The notes under the pieces were generated by a model. That model was not told the DNA's origin, did no database searches, and saw only the letters and a list, made by a program, of their open reading frames with translations. Position numbers and translations under genes: made by a program. This document shows, one piece after another, positions 36,498-48,061 of a stretch of DNA of 61,197 nt (position 1 is the first letter of the stretch; each line of letters starts with the position of its first letter). The DNA comes from Chlamydiales bacterium (GTDB lineage Bacteria > Chlamydiota > Chlamydiia > Chlamydiales > JACRBE01): contig JACRBE010000059.1 in the NCBI GenBank assembly GCA_016213235.1, forward strand, positions 1 to 61,197, given 5' to 3'.

Positions 36498-37766
36498 TTA
36501 AGCAAAAAAGTTGCCACAAACAGACTCAAAGTTTTCAGGAGTAATAAACTCTGCACCTTTTTTCTGCTTGAGATAGTAAGCGTTTCCCTCTTCCCAATGA
36601 GGCATGGTGGCTTTTGTTCTTCCTAGTTTATCGTGCTCGGAATGGATCCATATTTTGCCTTCACATACAGTAAGTAGTTCCATGGAAGTAAGTCCTCCAG
36701 ATCGTGTTAGGGTAGCGTCGCTTCTGAAAAATAGTGGAGCTATTACCTTATCATCTTGAAATGCCATAGGAATAACAGTAAGTGCTGTTGGATAAGGATG
36801 AGCATTCACAACTAAATGGTGTACACGCTGTAGCAGGGTCCCTCGAGCGCTTTTATCACTGCTACAAAAGACAAATAACAAATCTTTTTTATGAGTTTGC
36901 TTGGTAGATATCAATTGATTGATAAAATGTTTGATATACTCTAGTGTAGCATGTTCATTAGGACGACTACCTAGCATCAGAATCGAAACGCGATCTTCTG
37001 GGTTTATATGAATCTGAATGCTTTTTTTTCCATTTTTATAAACAATAGATCCTTTTCTCATGGTTTCTAAAATAAAATGATGATCTTCTTCACTTTGTGT
37101 ATGAATGGATAGATCCATTTTTTTGCGATTATGTTGCTTTTGTTTTAACTCCATAAAAGAGGGACGTAGGGGCAGAGAAACATAATTTACAGATCTTTCG
37201 GACAGACCACATTGCTCTTGCCAAAAATTTTCTGCTGTTTGATTCTCTTTTAATAAAGGTGCAGGAGATATTAGACGTATTATTTTTTTTGAGTTCTCTG
37301 ATAATCCTTTAATAGGCTTAAAAAAATGAGTCACTTGTTCTGTGGGGAGTTCTGTAATTACTTTTTCTACAATAATTATTTTAGAGGTAAATTTTTTTGC
37401 AAGCCTTACAGCGGCTAAAATAGCAGATGTCCCTAAGTTTTGGGTATCAATAATATGATCAATATTTTTGGTAATTAATGTATAACATGCATGCAAAAAA
37501 ATAATGGGCCAAAAGATTTTATCTGCTAATGGCTGGCATTTGATAAACCATTCTAGCTTAGCAATATTACCTGTGCGTTGTGAATCATTCCATTTTTCTA
37601 CATAACGATTTGAAAGACGTTCACTTACCCAGTTGGTAAATACATCGACTTCATAAATAATAGCATGAGGGTCCTTGCTAAGCACTTCTTCTTTTTTTGC
37701 TTTTGCTGCCTGCAAGTGCCCTCCCCCAAAGGTTAGGGTAAGAATTAAAATACGCTGCTTTTTCAT
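36498..37766 (-). CDS. GT28 / UgtP (MGDG synthase)-like glycosyltransferase, cytoplasmic
   Basis: ILTLTFGGGHLQAAKA, LPLRPSF, TRSGGLTSME, EEGNA; no signal peptide. Confidence 0.7.
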   Translation of the reverse strand: MKKQRILILTLTFGGGHLQAAKAKKEEVLSKDPHAIIYEVDVFTNWVSERLSNRYVEKWNDSQRTGNIAKLEWFIKCQPLADKIFWPIIFLHACYTLITKNIDHIIDTQNLGTSAILAAVRLAKKFTSKIIIVEKVITELPTEQVTHFFKPIKGLSENSKKIIRLISPAPLLKENQTAENFWQEQCGLSERSVNYVSLPLRPSFMELKQKQHNRKKMDLSIHTQSEEDHHFILETMRKGSIVYKNGKKSIQIHINPEDRVSILMLGSRPNEHATLEYIKHFINQLISTKQTHKKDLLFVFCSSDKSARGTLLQRVHHLVVNAHPYPTALTVIPMAFQDDKVIAPLFFRSDATLTRSGGLTSMELLTVCEGKIWIHSEHDKLGRTKATMPHWEEGNAYYLKQKKGAEFITPENFESVCGNFFA

Positions 37767-37816
37767 ATTCTACTTTATTTGGTCTCAAATTTTTCTATAA
37801 TTAATTAAACATTTAA

Positions 37817-37847
37817 ATAAAACTCCTATTTGAATTAGGAGTTTTAT
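37817..37847 (-). terminator. Intrinsic terminator after rho
   Basis: ATAAAACTCCTA-7 nt-TAGGAGTTTTAT perfect 12-bp stem, 3 bp after the rho stop. Confidence 0.75.
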
Positions 37848-37850
37848 GAG

Positions 37851-39302
37851 TTAATCTTTCATAGATAGTAGAAATTCAGCGTTGCTACTTGTCTTTTTTA
37901 ACCGAGCTAGCAATAAATTCATAGCATCAAGAGGAGATAAATCCGCCAGCGCTTGTCTTAATATGTAGATTTTTTCCAGCTCTGTTGGGTGATATAATAA
38001 TTCTTCTTTTCTGGTACCACTCTTAATTAGATCAATAGCAGGATAGATTCTTCTATCAGCAAGTCTACGATCCAACACAAGCTCCATGTTACCTGTTCCT
38101 TTAAATTCTTCATAGATGACTTCATCCATTTTAGAACCGGTATCAATTAAAGCTGTTGCAATGATGGTCAGGGAACCGCCATGCTCCATATTTCTTGCAG
38201 CCCCAAAAAATCGTTTTGGTTTGTGTAATGAGTTAGCATCCACACCACCAGTTAAGATTTTCCCTGAATGAGGTTGTACAGTGTTATAGGCTCTTGCAAG
38301 TCTTGTTAAAGAGTCCAGTAATATCACAACATCCTTGCCATACTCGACCAGTCGTTTTGCTTTTTCAATTGCCATTTCAGCTACCTGTACGTGACGCTCC
38401 GGCGGTTCATCAAAAGTAGAAGATACGACTTCTCCTCTTACGGTACGTTCCATATCGGTAACTTCTTCTGGCCGCTCATCAATTAACAATACAATTAATA
38501 CAACTTTTGGATGATTGGAGGCTATAGCATTGGCGATATCTTGCAGTAATACAGTTTTCCCTGATTTAGGTGGAGCAACAATCAATGCACGCTGTCCCAT
38601 ACCAATTGGGGAAGCCAAATCAAGAACACGAGTAGAGAGTTTGTCTCTAGAGGTTTCTATAATGAAGCGACGATTAGGGTGAAGGGGTGTTAAGCTTTCA
38701 AATAATATCCTCTCTTTTGAGAGCTCTGGTTTTTGTTCATTAATTTCATCTACCTTTAAAAGAGCAAAGTATTTTTCTTTGTCTTTAGGAGGACGGATAG
38801 TTCCATAAACGACATCACCTGTTTTAAGATCAAATCTTCTGATTTGTGCAGGAGATACATAAATATCTTCCGGAGATGGCAAATAAGAATAGTTAGGTGA
38901 GCGTAAGAAGCCAAATCCATCTGGCAGTACTTCCAAGACTCCTTCGCCAACTAAAATCTCATCTTGTTTATTGGATTTTACCTTTACAATTTCAAATACC
39001 ATTTGAGGTTTTGTCATAGAGCCAAGATTTTGTAGCCCTATGTTTTTTGCATATGCACTTAATTGATCCATCGTCATGCGCTGTAAATCTGCTATTTTTG
39101 TAATAGTCATATTTTCTGGATCAATAGCAATGGGTTCTTCCATTTTAGGAAGTTCTTCTTCCATGATAGGAGGTCTTTTCGTCCGATGATGATGATGTTT
39201 AATGGAGGGAGGGATAATTTGTGAGCTGGGCGGGGGAAGAATTCTATTTCCTAATGCTTTATTTGATTCTATATTGGAATCTTCTTGTTCAGTCATGGAC
39301 AA
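37851..39302 (-). CDS. rho: Transcription termination factor Rho
   Basis: [50 protein letters not shown]; start may be 39296. Confidence 0.99.
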   Translation of the reverse strand: MSMTEQEDSNIESNKALGNRILPPPSSQIIPPSIKHHHHRTKRPPIMEEELPKMEEPIAIDPENMTITKIADLQRMTMDQLSAYAKNIGLQNLGSMTKPQMVFEIVKVKSNKQDEILVGEGVLEVLPDGFGFLRSPNYSYLPSPEDIYVSPAQIRRFDLKTGDVVYGTIRPPKDKEKYFALLKVDEINEQKPELSKERILFESLTPLHPNRRFIIETSRDKLSTRVLDLASPIGMGQRALIVAPPKSGKTVLLQDIANAIASNHPKVVLIVLLIDERPEEVTDMERTVRGEVVSSTFDEPPERHVQVAEMAIEKAKRLVEYGKDVVILLDSLTRLARAYNTVQPHSGKILTGGVDANSLHKPKRFFGAARNMEHGGSLTIIATALIDTGSKMDEVIYEEFKGTGNMELVLDRRLADRRIYPAIDLIKSGTRKEELLYHPTELEKIYILRQALADLSPLDAMNLLLARLKKTSSNAEFLLSMKD

Positions 39303-39910
39303 CTTTTTTCCTTTATTTGGTTAATAATGTTTTTTACTTGATGATGAAGAACATCCAAATTTTGGTTATTTTCTATAATAAAATCTGCATGTATGATTGC
39401 CTTATCATGAACTTCAAGTGCTTTATTTCTTTGTATAAATTGCTCTTGTGAAAAGCCCTTTAATAGAAAACGAGATAGTCGAATATCGATATCTGCAATA
39501 ACACCAATTACGTAATCAAACCACTGCTGCATCCCGATACTATAAAGCAAAGGTATTTCTGCTACAAAGAATGAATAAGACTTTAGTTTGATCGATTCGT
39601 AAGAGGAGATAATTTTATTTTTCACTTCAGGATGTATTATATTTTCTAATGCGGTTAATTTTGTTGGGTTTGCAAATACAAGTTCAGCAATTTTTTTACG
39701 GCTAGGGGTTCCATCTTGGAGTATCTCATGACCTAATAGCTCGACTATTTTTTTTTTAATTTCAATATTAGAGGAGATTAATTCATGAACAAGATCATCG
39801 GCATTTATGGTATAAGCACCATATTGTCGAAAAATGGCACTGACAGAACTTTTTCCTGCAGATAAGAATCCCGTAATTGCAATTTTCCTCAATTTTAACA
39901 ATCTCCCCAA
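39293..39910 (-). CDS. coaE: Dephospho-CoA kinase
   Basis: [23 protein letters not shown]. Confidence 0.93.
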   Translation of the reverse strand: MGRLLKLRKIAITGFLSAGKSSVSAIFRQYGAYTINADDLVHELISSNIEIKKKIVELLGHEILQDGTPSRKKIAELVFANPTKLTALENIIHPEVKNKIISSYESIKLKSYSFFVAEIPLLYSIGMQQWFDYVIGVIADIDIRLSRFLLKGFSQEQFIQRNKALEVHDKAIIHADFIIENNQNLDVLHHQVKNIINQIKEKSCP

Positions 39911-42558
39911 TTTTTTCCAATCGCTATATCTACCTTAAGGGGGACCTTCATATGGTAAACGCCTTGCATTGTGTCGCTTACGATTTTTTTTATCTGATGG
40001 AGTTCTTCATCTGGGCATTCAAAAATGAGCTCATCATGGATTTGAAGTATCAGATAAGATTGTAAAGAAGATTCTTTAATTTTTTCATCTATTTTTATCA
40101 TAGCGAGTTTAATAATATCTGCTTGAGCCCCTTGAATAGGGGTGTTGATAGCGTAGCGCTCTGCTTGTGCTTGTATTGTTCTATTAGAAGAGTGAATGTC
40201 CTCTAGAGGTCTTTTTCTGCCAAATAGAGTCTCTGTATATCCTGTTTTCTTTGCTTTTTCTATTGTTTTATCGATAAAGGATTTTACTTTTGGATAACGT
40301 TTAAAATAAGTGTCGATAAATTTCGCAGCATCTTTAATATTCATGTCGATTTCTTTGGAGAGTCCAAATGCTTGTTGTCCATAAATAATACCAAAGTTAA
40401 CAGCTTTTGCTTGTTGTCTCATGGTACTTGTAACCTCTTTAATAGGGATATTAAAAATTAAGGAGGCTGTATAAGCATGAATATCTTGGTTTAGTAAAAA
40501 GGCATCAATAAGTGCTGGATCACCACTTAAATGTGCTAAAATACGCAGTTCGATTTGCGAATAATCTGCTGCAAGGAAGCTCCAATGCGCTTGTTGTGGT
40601 TGAAATGCTTTCCTGATTTTTTTGCCGTCAGCAGATCGAATAGGAATATTTTGCAAGTTGGGGTTTTGACAGGATAATCTTCCTGTTGCAGCAACGGATT
40701 GATTAAATGTTGGATGAATGCGATGCGTGTGAGGATTGATCTGGGCTGGTAATGAATCTACATAGGTAGAACGTAATTTTTCAAACGTCCGGTATTCTAA
40801 AATTTTTTCTACAAATGGATTTTCTGTGGAGAGTGCATCTAAAATATCTGCGCTTGTAGAAAACCCTGTTTTCTTTTTTTTCCCCGGATATGGGATCTTC
40901 ATTTTTCCAAATAGCACTTCGCTTAATTGTTTGGGGGATTTGATATTAAACGTTTCACCACAACTATCGAAAATTTCTTTTTCTAAATATTTAATTTTTT
41001 CTGCAAATTCTTTGGACAATTCTTTTAGATAATGACTATCAACAAAAATGCCTTTTCGTTCCATATCTAATAAAATATAAAGCAGAGGCAATTCCATTTT
41101 ATAAAAGAGATCATGTAGGGTTTGTTGTTTTAAACTATCTTCAAAATAGTGTTTTAATTGGAGTGTATAATCTACATCCTCACAACAGTAGTGTGTGACT
41201 TTTTCAATATCGATTTCTGTTAAAGGAACTTGTTTTTTCCCCATGGTAGTTAGCTCTTTATACGAGAGTTTTGTTTTACCAAAAATATCAGCGCTAAGTT
41301 GGTCTAGGCCATGACGGTTAAGTTGAGGGTTTAGTAGATACGATGCAATCATGGTATCAAAAGCTATGAGGGGGGGGGATATGCCCGCGTTAAGGAGCAC
41401 ATGCAGATCATATTTGATGTTATGTCCAATAAAAGAGTGATGTTTGCTACTTAAAATTGGCTTTAGTTTGTGCAAAATAACGTCTGAGGATAATTTGTCA
41501 TTAAATGGAATGTAATAGGCCTCCCCTGGTTTGATGCCAAGTCCAATGCCTACTAATTGTGCAAGCATAGGTTCAATGCTTGTTGTTTCCGTGTCGATAC
41601 AAATTTCTTTAGCATTGTTTAGTTTTTCAATTAATTTATCTAATTCCGACGCTGTCCGGATGCAATGGTACGATACCTTTTCTTTTGTAGAGGACATAGG
41701 TTGTAAGGTGTCTAGTTCCTTTAATAAAGAGGCAAAGTTCATTTCCTGAAAAAAGTTGCGCAATTGTTCGTTATCACCCTTTTTTAGATGATAAAAGTCG
41801 CTATTTTTGGGGATTTCAACAGTAGTTTGAATCGTAGCAAGTTCATAAGAAAGAAAAGCATTTTCTTTTTCTGCAATAAGTTTATCTTTTCTTTTTTGGT
41901 TTTTAATTTTATCGAGATTCTTATAGATATCTTTTAAGGAGCCAAATTCATGGAGTAACTCAGTAGCTGTTTTAGGACCAAAGCCTTCTATACCAGGGAT
42001 ATTATCAGAGGCATCTCCCATAATAGCTAATAAGTCGATAAATTGATTGGGATAAATGCCATGGATTTCTTTTACTTTTGCTTTATCGATAAGGGGTTCG
42101 TCTTTATGTACTTGCAGGACGTAGATATCATCATTCACTAGTTGACAGAGGTCTTTATCTGAGCTTATCAAGTATGCTTTTGCTTTAGCGTGCTCTGCAT
42201 ATTTTGCAATACTTCCCATGGTGTCGTCTGCTTCTACGCCTGGAATACAAAGCATCGGTATACCAGCAAGGTCACAATATTGATGGGCAAGCTCTAACTG
42301 TGCATATAACTCCTCCGGCATGCCTTCTCGATGAGATTTATATTGAGAATAGATAGCAGTGCGACTTTGTTTATTATTAGGTCCATCGAATACCGCAACA
42401 AAATAAGTAGGAGAATAATCTTTGAAGATTTTTTGAATAGATCGAATAAATCCATAGAGGGCGTTTGTAGGAACGCCCTCTTTATTTTTCATTCCTTTTA
42501 TTGCATAGAAAGAACGAAACAAATAGTTTACTGCATCTAAAATAAAAATTTTATCCAT
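39895..42558 (-). CDS. polA: DNA polymerase I
   Basis: 5'-3' exo (EADD, GDASDNIPG), 3'-5' exo (DTET), and polymerase motifs DYSQIELR, KAVNFGIIYG, LQIHDEL. Confidence 0.99.
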   Translation of the reverse strand: MDKIFILDAVNYLFRSFYAIKGMKNKEGVPTNALYGFIRSIQKIFKDYSPTYFVAVFDGPNNKQSRTAIYSQYKSHREGMPEELYAQLELAHQYCDLAGIPMLCIPGVEADDTMGSIAKYAEHAKAKAYLISSDKDLCQLVNDDIYVLQVHKDEPLIDKAKVKEIHGIYPNQFIDLLAIMGDASDNIPGIEGFGPKTATELLHEFGSLKDIYKNLDKIKNQKRKDKLIAEKENAFLSYELATIQTTVEIPKNSDFYHLKKGDNEQLRNFFQEMNFASLLKELDTLQPMSSTKEKVSYHCIRTASELDKLIEKLNNAKEICIDTETTSIEPMLAQLVGIGLGIKPGEAYYIPFNDKLSSDVILHKLKPILSSKHHSFIGHNIKYDLHVLLNAGISPPLIAFDTMIASYLLNPQLNRHGLDQLSADIFGKTKLSYKELTTMGKKQVPLTEIDIEKVTHYCCEDVDYTLQLKHYFEDSLKQQTLHDLFYKMELPLLYILLDMERKGIFVDSHYLKELSKEFAEKIKYLEKEIFDSCGETFNIKSPKQLSEVLFGKMKIPYPGKKKKTGFSTSADILDALSTENPFVEKILEYRTFEKLRSTYVDSLPAQINPHTHRIHPTFNQSVAATGRLSCQNPNLQNIPIRSADGKKIRKAFQPQQAHWSFLAADYSQIELRILAHLSGDPALIDAFLLNQDIHAYTASLIFNIPIKEVTSTMRQQAKAVNFGIIYGQQAFGLSKEIDMNIKDAAKFIDTYFKRYPKVKSFIDKTIEKAKKTGYTETLFGRKRPLEDIHSSNRTIQAQAERYAINTPIQGAQADIIKLAMIKIDEKIKESSLQSYLILQIHDELIFECPDEELHQIKKIVSDTMQGVYHMKVPLKVDIAIGKNWGDC

Positions 42559-42561
42559 ATC

Positions 42562-43605
42562 TTATCTGTCATAATAGTATAGCAAACGATTATTAGATGG
42601 TTTTTCTAGTCCAAGGGGATTGAGCAATTTATCTGTCATACCATTAAAGAAGCTTTGCTTAGCATCTAAAAAACCGGTTAACCAAGATGGTCTTACCAAG
42701 ATTTCAACTACTTGATACTTTTCAGTTTCAGCAAAGCCTGCTTTTGCAGCAAGTTCTTTTAGGGAAGAGTAGTAATCACTATCTCCTTGATCTATATAAC
42801 CATATTCCATTGCGGTTACAGTATCATATACTTGTGCGCCATATTCATTAACGAGTTTGGTTTCATTTATATTAGGTCTGTTTGATACTACAACTTTAAC
42901 AAATTGACGATAGGAATAATCGATGATAGCTTTTAAAGAAGCATCTTCTCCTTCTTGCCAAGCCCGATAAGGATTCATCATATCTTTATCGATGCCTTTT
43001 ATTAAGGTTTCAGCATTTATTCCATATCTGGTCATCAGGTCTTTAAAATTGAAAAATGGTCCTATACGTACACCTACAGATCCAATGATCGCAGAGGAAC
43101 AAGAATAAATGCGATCTGATGCGCAAGCAATATACATACCACCAGATGCACAGAGTCCATTAACATAAGTAGTGATAGGTATCTTATAGGTATTTTTATA
43201 TCTCACTAACTGGCGATAGATACTATCCGAATCTATATCAGTTCCTCCTGGAGAATCCATATAGATCAAGATCGCTTTTACTCGATTATGATCAAACATC
43301 CCCTTACGAGACTCTCTTAATATGCGGTCTACCGTGTCTCCATTTAATTTAGGAGTTCCGATGATACCGTCGATATTTAACTTTACAATAACAGGGGCAG
43401 TAACCGGTAATAGATCATCGTTGCCATTATGATCGGGACAGAGTATTACTTCGCTTTTATATTTGGACGCTAGTTTTGGTCCCATAAGAACAGCGGAGCT
43501 AACTGTTATAATCAAAAGAGCAACGAGTATCCCAAAGACTGCAAATAATGAATTACAAAAATACCGCAGAGACGATAGGAAAATTGATTCTCGTGAAAAT
43601 TGCAT
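42562..43605 (-). CDS. sohB: S49 family peptidase (SohB/SppA)
   Basis: DSPGG, CASGGMYIA, GSVGV; N-terminal TM; ATG 43605 has an AAGGAG SD. Confidence 0.85.
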   Translation of the reverse strand: MQFSRESIFLSSLRYFCNSLFAVFGILVALLIITVSSAVLMGPKLASKYKSEVILCPDHNGNDDLLPVTAPVIVKLNIDGIIGTPKLNGDTVDRILRESRKGMFDHNRVKAILIYMDSPGGTDIDSDSIYRQLVRYKNTYKIPITTYVNGLCASGGMYIACASDRIYSCSSAIIGSVGVRIGPFFNFKDLMTRYGINAETLIKGIDKDMMNPYRAWQEGEDASLKAIIDYSYRQFVKVVVSNRPNINETKLVNEYGAQVYDTVTAMEYGYIDQGDSDYYSSLKELAAKAGFAETEKYQVVEILVRPSWLTGFLDAKQSFFNGMTDKLLNPLGLEKPSNNRLLYYYDR

Positions 43606-43708
43606 AATATCTCCTTGCTTGTGATAAATGTATGTGATTCTAAACAACAGATAGAATTTGCGCTATCGTAGTTTAGAAGTTTTTGTCAAAATTATTGTAT
43701 ATATCCGG

Positions 43709-44227
43709 CTATTTAACAGGTTTTTCAGTTATAGGGCTACGGATTTTGTAAAAAAGTTCACCCAGCACAATAACTCCGAGTATTGCGAAAATATAATAAA
43801 CATATGCTGGAATAAAATAGTTTAATGTGATGGCAACCAGTAATATAAATTGAAGTGCTGTAGAGATTTTTCCCGCGTTTGCTGGTCTAAATTTATAAGA
43901 TTTAAATTTTGAAGAGATAATCAAATAAAGGAAAAACAGAAATAGAGCGATATCTCTAGATAGCATAATAGCTGCTTGCCAAAACTGCATTTTATGCTCA
44001 AAAATAAATACACTCAAAACAAAAAAAACAAAGAATTTATCCATAATAGGATCCAGCACAGCGCCAAAGCGTGAGGTAGCTCGCCATTTTCGTGCAATAT
44101 AGCCATCGATAGAATCGGTTATCATAGCCACAAGAAGCGTCACAAGTCGGATAAAAGGACTGTGAAACAAGAATAGGAAAGCAAGGGGGCCTCGAATAAA
44201 CGTGAGCAAGTTAGATGTGGTTATCAT
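43709..44227 (-). CDS. pgsA: CDP-alcohol phosphatidyltransferase (PgsA-like)
   Basis: DSIDGYIAR...G...LDPIMDK. Confidence 0.88.
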   Translation of the reverse strand: MITTSNLLTFIRGPLAFLFLFHSPFIRLVTLLVAMITDSIDGYIARKWRATSRFGAVLDPIMDKFFVFFVLSVFIFEHKMQFWQAAIMLSRDIALFLFFLYLIISSKFKSYKFRPANAGKISTALQFILLVAITLNYFIPAYVYYIFAILGVIVLGELFYKIRSPITEKPVK

Positions 44228-44840
44228 TATTGGATTTTTTTTTTCGCTTTGTATATTTATAACAAACTATACCAATTAGAGTCACACTGAATCCGATGAA
44301 TATAGCTAAATTGATTTGCTTTAAATAAGCAATCATTTGATCCAAATTAGCAGAAAGTTGATAAAAAAAGGTATAAAAAATACTCGACCACAATATACAC
44401 CCGATAGAGTCGAAGGCTGCAAACCTTGTAAAACGGACATTACTCATTCCTGAACTAATAAAAACAGCATTTCTTACTCCAAAAGGAATAAATCTAGCGA
44501 TTAAATAAGTCCACCCACCATATTTGTTATAAAAATGGTTCATTTTTGCTATTTTTTGGTGAGGAAGCAATTTTTTGATAATAGGGATAGTGAGTAGTTT
44601 ATGATTGAATATCTTCCCAATAGAATAAGCGATCCAAGCGGAAAGAATGCTGCTGATAAGAAAGACAACATAGAGAGGGTATTTCATTTCAGGGATGATC
44701 GTTGCTGCTAAAAAAGCACATAAAGCGAGTAGAATATCAATAGAAATAGGGATGTTCAATCCTGCTAATAAAACGCAAATAGACACAATTATCGGAGCAT
44801 AAAAGGGGTGCACAATAATGAACTGGATGATTACATTCAT
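44211..44840 (-). CDS. DedA family membrane protein
   Basis: GLNIPISID, ARFIPFGVRN; hydrophobic throughout. Confidence 0.88.
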   Translation of the reverse strand: MNVIIQFIIVHPFYAPIIVSICVLLAGLNIPISIDILLALCAFLAATIIPEMKYPLYVVFLISSILSAWIAYSIGKIFNHKLLTIPIIKKLLPHQKIAKMNHFYNKYGGWTYLIARFIPFGVRNAVFISSGMSNVRFTRFAAFDSIGCILWSSIFYTFFYQLSANLDQMIAYLKQINLAIFIGFSVTLIGIVCYKYTKRKKKSNNDNHI

Positions 44841-44850
44841 GAAGTGGCCA

Positions 44851-46443
44851 TCAATATGCTTTTTGTTCTTGAGGAGTTACAAAAGTGGGCTGTTCAGATG
44901 GAGGTAGTTGATCATCGTCTATATTGATTTTTTCAGCAGAAGTTGTGATTGCATGGAATTTTCTTCCTAAAGATTTTACTGCGAATATCCAGGCAATTAC
45001 GACACCAAATAAAATAACAGCTACAAATGGGGTGCTTAAGGAGACTGAGCCAAAGATAAGCAAAAGAAATTGATGGATAATAGAACCACCGGACTTTCCT
45101 AATCTGGATCCAACACCGTCAATAGCGGCTTTTCCCTTTAATTTACACTCATCGCTAAGAGGGATGAATGCCATTTCTTTTGTTGCATCAAAAAATGTAA
45201 ATTTACACGCTCTAGAAAAGCAGTTTTGCATAGATCCAAAAAAGACGCCAAGTGCAATAGGAGAGACGCCCAGCAAAGCGGTAAGTAGAGATAGAGAGTG
45301 GCTATCTTTAAAGAGTAAAAAAGAAAAAAACAAAATACCTGTAATAAGTAGGGCCATAGGGGTGATCATTGCGGAAAGAGTCCATCCAAAGCGACGGATA
45401 ATAGGACCACAAAAAAAGATGGATACGATGGTAGATGCAACGCCGATTGCAGAATAGACTCTACCCATATATGCATTAAAGTCAGCAGGAGTAGGAAATA
45501 GTAATCGTATTTGATCTTTCCAGATGATTTCTACCATATTAAGCGAGATATTAAAGGTAAGAACGATAATTGCTATACGAATTAAATATTTCGATTTGGC
45601 AAGATATGCAAAATTCTCTCTAATACCCATTTTAATTTTTTTAGGTGGTAGCTTTGTGCCTGGCTTGCCGGAGGCTTGTTCCATAACAAGTGTATTATTC
45701 AGGTATCGGTAGAGGGCCATTACAATAAGGCTGGAGACAACAACCAGGCTTGTGATGATAAATAAAGAGTATCCCCAGGTATCGGAAATAAACCAAAAAT
45801 CAGGATACAGGGTAATTTTTGTAGAGACCATGGTGGCAACTTCTCCTGCGAGAATCGTCATAAGATTAGCCCCAACTCCCAAAATGACATAAAATCTTTT
45901 AGCATCTTTTACAGTAGATATTTCATTTGCAAAGCCCCAGAAGAGGACTGTCATAATGGTAGTACCCCACAGTTCAGCCATTACATAAAACAAAGAAAAG
46001 GTCCAATTACGAAAAATAGCAATTAGTCCTTTGAATCCTTTAGGAAGAATTGCTTGTAATTGGTCTGCTAAGGCATGAGGGTGTAATACATCTCGAAAGG
46101 GATAAATAACGATAGAAAATAGGAAGAAAAATCCAATGAAGATACCCATCATGTAATAAAACACGCGTTCACGGCTGAAGCGGTTAGATAAGCGAGTAAA
46201 TAAAAAAGTAAAAAATAGAGCCATTGGCAAAATAGCCCATATTTTGATAAAGGGGAGGGCTTCTGCTCCGGATCCGGGCGCTGTAATAACTAGTGCATCT
46301 TTTGGAGATTTAAGAAGTGTGTAATTAAATACAATTAACGCATAGATGATGAACATCGGAAGGAATCTTTTTAATTCTCTACGATGAACTGGCCAAATCA
46401 TCGACCTTAGTCTGCCAAATTCCGGTGTGTCTACCGATGACAT
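44851..46443 (-). CDS. Nucleotide transport protein (TLC/Npt family; Npt2-like by position)
   Basis: FYVMAELWG, FWGFANEI, KEMAFIPL, KGKAAIDGVGSRLGKSGG; about 12 TM. Confidence 0.95.
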   Translation of the reverse strand: MSSVDTPEFGRLRSMIWPVHRRELKRFLPMFIIYALIVFNYTLLKSPKDALVITAPGSGAEALPFIKIWAILPMALFFTFLFTRLSNRFSRERVFYYMMGIFIGFFFLFSIVIYPFRDVLHPHALADQLQAILPKGFKGLIAIFRNWTFSLFYVMAELWGTTIMTVLFWGFANEISTVKDAKRFYVILGVGANLMTILAGEVATMVSTKITLYPDFWFISDTWGYSLFIITSLVVVSSLIVMALYRYLNNTLVMEQASGKPGTKLPPKKIKMGIRENFAYLAKSKYLIRIAIIVLTFNISLNMVEIIWKDQIRLLFPTPADFNAYMGRVYSAIGVASTIVSIFFCGPIIRRFGWTLSAMITPMALLITGILFFSFLLFKDSHSLSLLTALLGVSPIALGVFFGSMQNCFSRACKFTFFDATKEMAFIPLSDECKLKGKAAIDGVGSRLGKSGGSIIHQFLLLIFGSVSLSTPFVAVILFGVVIAWIFAVKSLGRKFHAITTSAEKINIDDDQLPPSEQPTFVTPQEQKAY

Positions 46444-46687
46444 AATTTAACCAACTTTGAGTGTTTGTTCTCAGTTACAGTTAAAATTTTATTTAGGTAA
46501 GGTGTTTTAATTGCATACGGGCGTGGAAGAGCGCATCTATTAGTAGAAGAGAAACTGAATAACATTTTGCGTATTTGCAAAACTTCCTCGAAACTTCATT
46601 AAAATGATAACAGTGATTATATATCATTTATGAAAAAATACAATGGGTTTTTATTTGTAGTTTTATAAATAGAAGGTAAAGAAATAT

Positions 46688-47893
46688 TTACAAGTGCTTT
46701 GGAGTCAGAATATCGATGGCAGGTAAAGATCCATGTTCAATAAATTCTAAAGAAGCTCCTCCACCACTGGAAATATGACTAAATTTTTTAGCTAGACCCA
46801 GCTGATTGATTGCAGCAACAGAATCTCCTCCTCCAATAATACGAATACCTAGGTGAGTAGACAAATAGGTTGCAAGTTCAAATGTTCCCTTTGCAAAGTG
46901 ACTCATTTCAAAAACACCTACGGGTCCATTCCAAAAAATAGTATTAGAATTTTTTAGTTGATGGATCCAGGTTTGCAGTGTTTTAGGCCCAATATCCATA
47001 CCGATCCATTCCTTAGGGGGGTGCTGCGCTATAGAAAAAGTTTTATATGCGGCGGTATTATCAAATTTTTCTGCATATATAATATCTTCGGGAAGATGGA
47101 GCTGGATATTTTTATGTTTACAATCGTTTAAAATTTTTTTTGCTGTTTCCAGTTGATCTTGTTCTACTTTTGATGAAGCAACATCAACACCTTGTGCTTT
47201 TAAGAATGTAAAAGCCATGGCCCCCCCAATAAACAGGTGGTCTGCTTTATTTGCAAGTGCATAAAGGACTCCTAGCTTAGAAGAAACTTTTGCGCCTCCA
47301 ATGATAGTGCTAAAAGGGCGTTTTGGATTCATGAAACAATCAGACAAAAAATGCAGCTCTTTTTCTACTAAAAATCCGGTGACACTTATCTTTGGCATCA
47401 ATTGAGGGACAAAATAGATGGAGCTATGTTTTCGATGGGATGTGCCAAACGCATCGTTTACAAAGATATCACCATAGGAAGCAAGCTCTTTTGCAAAGGA
47501 AAGAACGTTTTCTGGTTTTGTTTCTTCTAGGTGAAATCTTAAATTTTCTAGCAGTAAGATATCACCTGGTTGCAATTGTTTAACTAGTGACTCTACTTCA
47601 GGTCCTATGCAATCAGGAGCAAGTATAACAGGATGATGAAGGACTTGTGATAGATATTTAGCGCAAGGAGCCAGGCTGTATTTTACATCTCTTGTTCCTT
47701 CCACCTTGCCAAGATGGCTCATTAAGATGATTTTTGCACCATGTTGTAACAAATATTGAATCGTATCTAGTGAAAGATCGATGCGAGTTGTGTCCGTAAT
47801 ATGGCCTGTTTCATCTAGTGGAACATTAAAGTCTACTCGTGCTAAAACTGTTTTGCCATTGATGGGAATATCTTTGATTGATAACTTATTCAT
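46688..47893 (-). CDS. pgk: Phosphoglycerate kinase
   Basis: RVDFNVP, LLENLRFH, NDAFGTSHR, GGAKVSSK, WNGPVGVFE, GGGASLEF. Confidence 0.99.
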   Translation of the reverse strand: MNKLSIKDIPINGKTVLARVDFNVPLDETGHITDTTRIDLSLDTIQYLLQHGAKIILMSHLGKVEGTRDVKYSLAPCAKYLSQVLHHPVILAPDCIGPEVESLVKQLQPGDILLLENLRFHLEETKPENVLSFAKELASYGDIFVNDAFGTSHRKHSSIYFVPQLMPKISVTGFLVEKELHFLSDCFMNPKRPFSTIIGGAKVSSKLGVLYALANKADHLFIGGAMAFTFLKAQGVDVASSKVEQDQLETAKKILNDCKHKNIQLHLPEDIIYAEKFDNTAAYKTFSIAQHPPKEWIGMDIGPKTLQTWIHQLKNSNTIFWNGPVGVFEMSHFAKGTFELATYLSTHLGIRIIGGGDSVAAINQLGLAKKFSHISSGGGASLEFIEHGSLPAIDILTPKHL

Positions 47894-48061
47894 AAAAAAG
47901 GGCTGCTTTGTGTTTTTTTCTTAAAATATAAAGAGTTTGCAATTTTGTCTAAAACAATTTGTTATATCTTTTGTGAATAAAAAATTCTTCTGTTTATTGA
48001 TGCTATTAAGAGTTTTTGTTATTCTTAATCAAAGCATTAGAGAAATGGATCTGTAAAAAGG

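Noticed and set aside
46540..46599. 19-codon minus-strand ORF (MKFRGSFANTQNVIQFLFY) upstream of the nucleotide transporter
   Set aside because: No SD, attenuator structure or informative codon bias visible.
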